A DNA stretch of 63,546 nt, the filler included, from Collodictyon triciliatum (lineage: Eukaryota): NCBI GenBank assembly GCA_043381765.1. It is 20 parts of 20 records of this genome, joined end to end, with 100 filler letters (N's around TTAATTAATTAA, not from the genome) between each part and the next. Parts side by side here need not be neighbours in the genome. Positions count along the whole stretch, not along the records: positions 54,786 to 57,900 come from JBHJMP010007769.1; positions 58,001 to 61,127 come from JBHJMP010007770.1; positions 61,228 to 63,546 come from JBHJMP010007815.1; 17 more parts are not named here. One strand, given 5' to 3'. This document shows, piece by piece, positions 54,686 through 63,546 of the stretch. Position 1 is the stretch's first letter. The number at the start of each line of letters is the position of its first letter. The notes under the pieces were generated by a model, which had not been told where the DNA came from, did no database searches, and worked only from the letters and a program-made list of their open reading frames with translations. The position numbers and the translations under genes were made by a program.

Positions 54686-55955
54686 NNNNNNNNNNNNNNN
54701 NNNNNNNNNNNNNNNNNNNNNNNNNNNNNTTAATTAATTAANNNNNNNNNNNNNNNNNNNNNNNNNNNNNNNNNNNNNNNNNNNNTGTTTTCTGTTTTTT
54801 TGTTTTCTGTTTTCTGTTTTCTGTTTTCTGTTTTCTGTTTTCTGTTTTCTGTTTTCTGTTTTCTGTTTTCTGTTTTCTGTTTTCTTTTTTCTGTTTTTAG
54901 CCCTATTGTCCTTCAAACCCTTTTCCTTTCCAGCGCGATCGACTCGATGAAGCCAGGACTATGTCGTGTTTCCTGATCTACAATTTTAATGATAGATCAT
55001 ACGTGTAAAAAGGAAAGAAAAAAAGGAAAGGAAAAGAAAGGAAAGAAAAGAAAAAGAAGAAAAAGGAAGGGAAGTCGAATATGAAGAGACGAAAACACCT
55101 GAGGAAGTTGCAAAGACAGAAGCAATTAGCGAGTTGGGTGGAGACGAGCCAAGGTGCGCGCCGCGAGGAACCATACCAGAAAGAGGATGAAAAACAGTAG
55201 ATAAACGAATCCGTTGGTGACTTGTGCTTTGGGAAAAAACAAAAGACGCAAGTTTAGTATTGGCACTGTAATGTAATTTGTCTGTTACTTTTGTGTATTA
55301 ATGCTCAATTATGAAATATAAATTATAAATTACTCAATTATATAGTTTTATTGGTATTTACTATCTTTTCCACGTTTGTATATGCTGCCTATTTCGGCTA
55401 TACCCAACAGATTCCAGATAAGGATCCCACTGCGTGATTGTCAGGCGCCCGGACTCGCCTTTTTTTTATGGCTTTTGAGCGCTGTGACACACACAGAAAA
55501 AATAGTTTATTAACCACTACATCACCATTCGCTGTATTTCTTTCACTTCAAAAGCTGGTCAAAGGTTGAAAAAATAAAATAAAACTAACGAGCGCACCTG
55601 TGGCGAGAAAATCGCTCTCGGGGCGGTACGATTCTGAATGGCTGTTTGTAGGTCAAACATGAGCTTTTCCCACGTTTCATGACATGCCTTTTTCTTTTTC
55701 TTTTTCTTGATATTAAATCAAATGACCAAAACGTCCATTCAATCACATAACGAACATACCAGTGAAAATTCTTTAAACAATACATCTTTCAATGCATCAT
55801 GTTATCAGGCTTGTATGTCTGGTGGAAATAGCTTAGGATTTCTTTCCTTTCAATTTTTTTCCCCTTAGAGCGCCAGCGGGCGAAGCACGCGCTGTAAATG
55901 GTTCCTGTCGCAACATAATTGATTTATTTCATGGTTGCAATCATTTTCTTTCAAT

Positions 55956-57700
55956 CTAACTAGAAGTGCTTTTGAACCCCCGATCTGTGAACAGTTCGGG
56001 GTGAAATCTGGGATCCCATTTGGGTGTTAAAACAACATTATCGTAGTCAAAGTCAGGGTCAAGCGCGAAAGATTCAATCAGTTCATGACTCACAGAATCC
56101 TGTTTAAATTATGGCATCATCAGCTTAAAAAGAATTTGCTTTGGTTGACGCTGCATAATTCCTTCTTTTTTTTTAAAAAAACCTTATGCAAACAAACAAA
56201 CAAACAAACAAACAAACAAACAAACAAATAAATAAACAAACAAATAAATAAACAAACAAACAAATAAACATTACCTCGTTTGTATGAATAGGTAGGCTCA
56301 TGACTTCGTTCACAATAGCTGGTAGCTTTCCTTTGCATGTTCCGAGTTCATCTTGAGCAATTGAAAACCTTAGTTCATCAGCATTATTTTCAGCAAAATG
56401 GTCGACATCCGTCAATATTTGGTGGTGAGGATTAAAGCCTTCTTGTGTCTGCAATTGGGGATACATTTAAATTAATTCTTACATTTGCAAATACACATAC
56501 ACAGTGTCAAATAAACAGAAAACTCCAACAATATTCAATAAGACGTTATTATGTTCATACATCATCGAAGTATTTCTCTGAATCGTGATTCGTTTGCCGA
56601 GGAGTTATGTCGCTATTGGATGCTGCAAACATCCCATTCAGATCACTCTCCACTTTATGACTTCGATCAAAATCATCATTGTGTTTATCGAGTGGTTGAT
56701 TAGTCTCTTCTAGTGGAATGACACCCGAAAAAATGGGCGCTTCCTTTTCACTGCTGTTTACTAAAGGTATCGTCGGTGCATTGTCTGTGTTCAAGGGACT
56801 CTGGAGAGTGAGAGAAGCTTGGTCGCGCTTGGCAGAAACATTCTGTTCTGAATGCTGCGACGATGCTTTTGGATTAGAGAATATCATTTTAACTTCATCC
56901 TCCAAGTAGACGAAGGGATTGGCCTCGATGTCTTTCCTGAGAGCTTCTTTCCTTTCTTGTTTTTGGGTATTCTCCATTTCAATAATTTCCCGGATTGATA
57001 TTTGTGGTTTTGATATGCCAGGCAACCTAGGATTGAGACTTCCATCAGAAAAAGAAAACTGAAAGGCGTCTCGGGGGTCAAAAAAGTTGGCTTCCTCCAC
57101 TTCAAGATCAGCGTCATCAAACTCCACATAGTTGTCAAGCTAGATTGTAACAGGGGCTTTGTTAGACATCATCTTTCGTTGGCATTGGCTCTGCAAAAAG
57201 TTTTTTCCCCCCTCTTATGCGATATTGTGGCCTTATACTAGAGATAATTGTGGTGGTCGCAATTATAAATGAGGGCAAATACTTGAGCGATGGGTGCTCC
57301 GAATTCAAAAGATTGTCCTGTGTGAATACCTTCATCCAATAAAACCTCACCTATATCGGAGTCCTAATATAGAATCAATTACAAATCAATAAAAAAAATA
57401 TTGAAGTGAACAACAAAAAGAAAGCGAACGAAGTGAACCGCTCGTCATTTTCATATTGATGTATAGACATTTGATTGTTGATAAGGGAATTCAGATTGCG
57501 ATACGTTGTCAGTCTGCTCCCTTTCTTGCAGTTTTTCATCAGTTTCTTTGCCTGATTCAGATTCCTCCTTTTGATAATCCGCATAGTCCTAGAAGGAGTT
57601 CTAATTCAACACTCTGGAGTAATCTGAACCATTTAACTCAGCTGCTCTTTGGTGGATTACAATACCTGATGTTCTTCGTGAAGCTCTAATGACTGTGATA
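55956..57700 (-). CDS. Acidic low-complexity protein ending in an IFTAP/C11orf74-like motif, multi-exon, 5' truncated
   Basis: Last exon 56099-55956 encodes ESFALDPDFDYDNVVLTPKW, resembling the conserved FSLDxxFDYDNVxLTxK motif of IFTAP as I recall it. Upstream exons include 56555-57127. Confidence 0.6.
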
Positions 57701-57804
57701 GAAAATTCATAATCCGGGACATTCTTGGCATATATGCATCGGCAGCTGTGCGGTATAGTACAGGCTCTAAAGCCTTTCTCGACCAAAACCGAGTTCACGC
57801 ACCG

Positions 57805-57900
<96 letters not shown>

Positions 57901-58366
57901 NNNNNNNNNNNNNNNNNNNNNNNNNNNNNNNNNNNNNNNNNNNNTTAATTAATTAANNNNNNNNNNNNNNNNNNNNNNNNNNNNNNNNNNNNNNNNNNNN
58001 ATGGTATTTGCATCTTCTTTTTTGGTTTTTATGTTTTTTTTAAATGTCTATATTAATATCTATTTTAATATCTATTTTAATATCTATTTTAATATCTATT
58101 TTAATATCTATTTTAATATCTATTTTAATATCTATTTTAATATCTATTTTAATGTTTTTTAATGTTTTTTAAATGTTTTTTAAATGTTTTTTAAATGTTT
58201 TTTAAATGTTTTTTAATGTTTTTTAATGTTTTTTAATGTTTTTTAATGTTTTTTAATGTTTTTTAATGTTTTTTAATGTTTTTTAATGTTTTTTTAATTT
58301 ACGGTCTTATCTCTCAAGAGGTAGAATAGGCTATTTTGATATGCATTTCATGAAAGAGTATGTCAT

Positions 58367-60965
58367 ACTTCGTCCAGTTTTTCCCAAATAACCATGTGGT
58401 GCGCGAGGAACCCTTGGTCAGTAACAAGAATATACATGTTCCCATTGTGTTTGTGCAACACAGAAAAGTGATTGTTTCGAAAGAAAACACAAAGTTGCCT
58501 GTTGGGGGAAAAAAAACGGCAAATTTTACATGTTCGTGTGCTTTGAATTGATTATTCGCGCCATTTCGATAAAATATCGTTACACGATGACATTTGCAAA
58601 AGAGAGAGAAAAATCAGGAACCAATCACGAAAGACTCCAAGATGAAGGGTCAAAACAAAAAAAAAATACACGTACCCTTCTCTGATTGTATTTCCTAGGT
58701 CCTTAATGCCATGACGTGTTAGTTGGGATGAAGTTCGTTCCAAGAAGTCCTCTAATGCAATACCTAAAGTGGCCGATATTATGAATTAAAAACCCCTCTT
58801 CACTTGCTTTGTTCCTTCAAAAAAAAAAATTGAAATGTTTTTGTCCAAAATTTTAGAAGGGAAAAAGTCCCGATAAAAGCATAAAACTAAAGTGTGTTCA
58901 AGTCACTTGATGGGAAGGTATTACACAACAACAATCTTTGAGGCTCATGTATTAATAGAAATATGACCTCGGTAGACTATTTTGGCTATCTGTTCATCAG
59001 TGTATTTTGTTTCTTTTTTATCGCCCAATTCATCCACCAAGTTCTCTTCAGTGTTCGAAAGGTCATCTTGTGCCTTCGATTCAACTAGGAACTGGCTCGG
59101 TTCTGCAGTTTCTTCCTCGCTCGGCTGCTTTCTTATTGCTGTGGCTGATTGTTGAGCTTTGGGCTCTAGGGAGGAGCCGTATTCATGCTTGTCTTTGGCA
59201 TCTTCCTCGGTAATAAGAGTACTTTCGAGTGTCATGTCATCAACACTCTTTCTGACATCGACAAAGTCTAACACGTATTCGGTAACAGGTTCATGTGAAT
59301 GCTCAGGGGAATTTTCGTGACTGTTGGGTATTAAATCCATAGGCTCCTGAGATTTGTGCAGATTGGCTGGTTGAACGCATTCCCCTTCCTGGATGTTGAT
59401 CTCTTCAAAAGACAAACTGCCATCGCTCTTAACATCTTGACTGAGTTGTGAATTATGTGGTAACTGTTGAGAAGCTTCAGGTATTTGGGAGTGAGATTCT
59501 TGGTCAAGAGTTGCATTCCCATCCTACAGTTTTTTTTTCTGAGTTATACTGAGGCAAATTAATGGCTAAAAAGACTTTCGCTTTCCCAATATTATCGAAA
59601 GAAACTATTTCTGAGACCCAAATTTTAACTTATATTGTAATCTGTAAATCAAATTATCAAAGAAATATCCATAACATAACATAAAAATGCTCTACTATTT
59701 CGGCAATGGCATTTTCATCAAGCAACAAAAAAAAAAAATTGGAATTTTAGAGAGTCGCCTAAAAATTGACTTATTCGTAAGGGCTGTACCTTAGTGTGAT
59801 TTTTGGGTACCAGTGCGCCATTATGTCCGGTATCAGGTGTCATATTCAAAGGTTCAGTACGAGACTCGAAGACAGAGTCGGTTTCCTTAGGGGGGCAGGA
59901 GTTTTCTTCTTTATCGGGTGACAAAGCGCTACTCAATGAATCTTGAAGCTGGTGGTATTGAATAATCTGCTCGATGACTTGGTTGTATGACAGCTGACCA
60001 ATCGCTCTTAAATATTGAATAATTTCGACATGAGAACGTTTTGGCAAAATAATAATAATAGAAAGTCGAAATTGGAATAAAACTCAATTATGTAATAATA
60101 AGTTTGATCTAGGGGTATGTAGCTGAATACATGCACTTCATAAGTCGATTCTTTGTAAAGAAATATTTTGGAAATAGGTCAGCTTTACTCTGAGAGGATA
60201 GTGTCTTCTTTGTTGTAAACCCATCCATGAAGAAGATGGACTCCCAGAAGATCGAATAAGGATGTCTGTTGGGTAAATTCAAATGCTGTGCAACTGTGAT
60301 GTTTTAGAAAAGAATATTTGAACCGCTAGTTTTCATTCAAGGACATGTTTGAGTGTATCACCCACCCAAAGTTGCGATTAATGTTTTTAACCAATTTGAT
60401 GTCAAGTGTAACTTTTTCTTCTTTTTTTTTTTTTTTGAAATTCTTTTTTTTTTTTCAAAAAATAAGGACTTTATCAGTGTGTGTGCACAATGAAAAATAG
60501 GTTCTACTATGAGCGAAAGTAACGACAGTACCTGTGGAAATATACATTAACGTCTAGCCCATTGGCCAGAGAAGGGAGTAGCGAAATAGAATCCTGGACT
60601 GATTGATTCCAGGCGACTTGATGTACCGCAGCCTGGTCAAAACAAACGTATTATTGAGAAGAAGAACCAAAAAAAAAAAAAGGAAAGAAAGAAAGAAAGA
60701 AAATAGATAAAAGAAAAAGAGGCCAACTGTATGCACTAACCGGCTTCTCCAAAGACAGAATGTAGTTTGCCAGAAGCAGCAACACGTCCGAGTGTCTGAT
60801 GAACTCTTGGCGCACTCCCAGCTTTATCTCTCCCCGAAGGAGCAGCACATTGAGCAAAGCCAAGAGAGGACACGGGCCGTTCACGTTTTGCAGCAGGATC
60901 TTTGCACTCAGCCCTTTGAAGTGAACCTGCTTCACTTGGTAAACCATGTCCTGGTTCTCGCTCAT
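58367..60965 (-). CDS. MINDY-1/2 (FAM63) family deubiquitinase, multi-exon, 3' truncated
   Basis: ILLQNVNGPCPLLALLNVLLL (catalytic Cys), LANGLDVNV, LFDLLGVHLLHGWV, LSYNQ, SQLTRHG, FRNNHFS (catalytic His), LVTDQGFL...WEKL. Confidence 0.93.
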
Positions 60966-61008
60966 CTGTGCGCCCTTTTATCTCCTTTTTTCTCCTTTTA
61001 TTTATTGG

Positions 61009-61127
61009 ATTATTTATAGGTTTATTTATAGGTTTATTTATAGGTTTATTTATAGGTTTATTTATAGGTTTATTTATAGGTTTATTTATAGGTTTATTTA
61101 TAGGTTTATTTATAGGTTGATTTATAG
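61009..61127 (+). repeat. (TTTATAGGTTTA)n 12-mer tandem repeat just upstream of the MINDY start, at contig break
   Basis: About 9-10 copies read directly. Confidence 0.9.
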
Positions 61128-61562
61128 NNNNNNNNNNNNNNNNNNNNNNNNNNNNNNNNNNNNNNNNNNNNTTAATTAATTAANNNNNNNNNNNNNNNNN
61201 NNNNNNNNNNNNNNNNNNNNNNNNNNNTATTAGTATTAGTATTAGTATTAGTATTAGTATTAGTATTAGTATTAGTATTAGTATTAGTATTAGTATTAGT
61301 ATTAGNNNNNNNNNNNNNNNNNNNNNNNNNNNNNNTATTAGTATTAGTATTAGTATTAGTATTAGTATTAGTATTAGTTTACACACCAAAGAAACATATT
61401 CATGTTTGTAGATTTTTCGAATATGAATAATAATTTTTCTTTTTTTCTTTTCTTTCATCATTTGCATTCATAATGAAGCATCGGTAATGCACTGTTAAAA
61501 ATTACATTTGTGGTTCATGCTCTCATCCTCAACTCCCGTTTCCATTTTTATTCTTGAATCAG

Positions 61563-62008
61563 CCAGACAACTTACAAACGAGTCCCTTATTGAAACCTGC
61601 CAGTTCCAAGGATGCTGTTGGGATTGGCTCTGGTGTGTCACCCAGCTTCTCTCTCACAACCCAATCCACAAAATGTTGTGGAACATGGGATACATCCACA
61701 ACCTTCAAGCGCGAGAAGAGGCCGAAAAGATACTGAACGCTCGAGGCTGCGGGACAATGCTGATTCGCCTCTCTGGCACTGAACTGGGTGTCTTGGTTGT
61801 TGGCAAAGGCCGAGGCGATGGTGGTCCTGTCAGATGGTTAAAAGTTACCCCATCAGGCTCCAGAAATCACGCAGCTATCATCGAAGCGATCCAGCAGGCA
61901 AAGTGTCATGGAATCCTATCTCCTTGTGGTAAAGACCTTCCTATCGAGCCGCTCTTAAAGTTTGCCTCTTCCAAACATCCGACGGGTTACACACACGTCT
62001 CTGAATGA
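61563..62008 (+). CDS. Last exon of a protein with a STAT/Shk-type SH2 domain
   Basis: CWDWLWCVTQLL...LWNMGYIHNLQAREEAEKILNARGCGTMLIRLS resembles the STAT linker-SH2 pattern (FWxW...LWxxGxIxGFxxRxxAExLL...GTFLLRFS). Confidence 0.7.
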
Positions 62009-62251
62009 TGCCCACTCGCAAGGGCGGCCTCAGGGTGGCAATCTTACGCCCTCTCCCAAAATAAAACCTCTTACAATTCGGATGAAAGGGAGAAAGTTAT
62101 CTATGGTTCTTACTAGTTTCGCGCTTCCCTTTATTTTTATTTAATATTTATTTATTCATTTATTTATTGAGTGAGGTAAAGCTTTTTTCTTGTTTATAGA
62201 CCAAAGTCACTGAGGCAAAAGCGCCTTCGTTTTTGACTGGTATTGTTTCTT

Positions 62252-62823
62252 TTACTGAAGAACCAGATCGCGCTGGGCTTCCAAGGCGGCAGCGGCGTCG
62301 GCAAGGGCGGCTTCGGCAGCAACTTTTTCTTCGGACGAAACAGGGAGGCTTTTTACGTAGGCTGCCAGGTCGTCGATGGATCGCTGAAGCCGAGTGCGAA
62401 CGTCCGGGATGACTGAGTAGTTTTCTTGGAGCAGCTGGGGGTAGATACGGTATTGTCAGAAAGCTTCACCCTAACGAATAAAATAAAATGCATACACGGA
62501 CAGAAGAATAAAAAAAAGACGAATAAAAAGGAAAAATAAAATAAAAAAGATTATATGCTCTAGTGGGAACCTCCTCTTGCTTCTTGATCGTGTGCTCGTC
62601 AGCACCACCAGCCTTGAGTGAGTCCACCTTGGCCTTCTGTTGCACTGTTTCTTTAACATAGGAATTGAGCTCCTTGGAGAGTCTGGCAGTGAAATGGTCG
62701 AGGTGAGTAGAGACATTAACCAGGAAGCAAGAGTTTTCAAGAATGGGTTGGAGAGGCGGAGAAGAGGAAAAACCTCTTGCAGACGCCAGTCTTGAGCTTG
62801 AGTTGCTTGGCTTCCTCGGACAT
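62252..62823 (-). CDS. TBCA: Tubulin-specific chaperone A
   Basis: Exons 62823-62774, 62682-62571, 62434-62252 give MSEEAKQLKLKTGVCKRLSKELNSYVKE...GADEHTIKKQEELLQENYSVIPDVRTRL...*. Confidence 0.93.
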
Positions 62824-63546
62824 TCGTGGTGTGTGGCTCTGTTTTCTTTTCTGGTTTCTATATATTATTTTTAGCAGAGTCCATCAAAACAAGCGGGCTT
62901 TCCTTCTCTTCCTTTTTTTCTTCCACTTTCCCTCCTGTCATTCGTGGGTGGCCTGAAGGGCTTGCCTTCACTCAGGCGGAGAGCAAAAGATCCCCACGAG
63001 AGGCTGGCAAGAGACAGTACGTGCGTTTGTGTGCAGGCGCCTTGTGCTTATGTTCCTTTGAAGCCCTCTGCTCGCACAATGCACCCAATATCTTTCTCGT
63101 GCTGACTCAATTGCGAGGCGGGTTTCCTGGAAGGTCGCGTCATCCTCCAGCCCCCGCCACCCATGAGGACAAGCGTCGGATTTTTGTTGGCTGCTGTTCA
63201 AATAACAATTCGGAGTGGGTTTTTTGTGGTAATGTCAACTTACTTTGTTTATTTTCCTGTTTTGGAAAAGATTTTAAAATTTCGAATTCAAAGTAAGAAA
63301 GGAAGCCAAGCAAGGGGCAAGATAGAGGTGTGCATGATAGAGAGCAAACGCGAGTAAGGGAAGACACTACCGTGGAGAGGGTAGCACCGGAAAGAAGTCA
63401 GTGATAGCGAGCTGGTCAGGTGGGCGTCCCAACTGGTTAATTGGTTGCGTGGGTAGCAGGGGTTGGATATGCTGTGGGAGATATCTTACGACACATTCCC
63501 ACATCTCTCTTCGCTTGCGGTCAGAGTAGCGAAGAATGCGGGCGTG

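Noticed and set aside
53596-54733. Long antisense/overlapping ORFs over GC-rich genes (also 33447-34759, 37518-38436, 3509-5538)
   Set aside because: Shadow ORFs expected from high GC and codon bias on the opposite strand of recognised genes; no motifs of their own.

Overview
This is not one locus. It is about 20 unrelated eukaryotic contigs of ~3.1 kb each, in roughly descending length. They are joined by 19 artificial 100-bp spacers (N-run + TTAATTAATTAA + N-run), so neighbourhood across a spacer means nothing. The source is a microsatellite-rich, intron-containing protist with the standard genetic code (TAA, TAG and TGA all end recognisable genes). It is probably flagellated (DNAH6-like dynein, IFTAP-like motif) and has peroxisomes (PEX2). 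Most contigs break at simple repeats. Genes recognised, many partial: PHD-SAP30 protein, secreted DUF4114/cadherin-like repeat protein, axonemal dynein heavy chain, RasGEF, orphan duplicated multipass membrane protein, tRNA-Ala(AGC), tRNA-Gly(GCC), class III nucleotide cyclase, LRR-helix-kinase-SAM protein, TMEM184/OST-alpha, EGF-multipass membrane protein, RPL12, PP2C, PEX2, ARMC8-like, kinase-SAM-LRR protein, HOOK-like protein, GT-C-type membrane protein, pentapeptide-WD40(x14)-Sel1 protein, DSP-gelsolin phosphatase, MINDY deubiquitinase, STAT-type SH2 protein and TBCA. The most interesting signal is a candidate protist recognition/immune-like repertoire. One part is a WD40 array with near-identical repeats whose variation is concentrated at a few codons, fused to Sel1-like repeats. 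The other is an intron-bounded LRR cassette found N-terminal to a kinase in one gene and C-terminal in another. All family calls come from my recall of motifs; no database search was run, and exon boundaries were inferred by hand.
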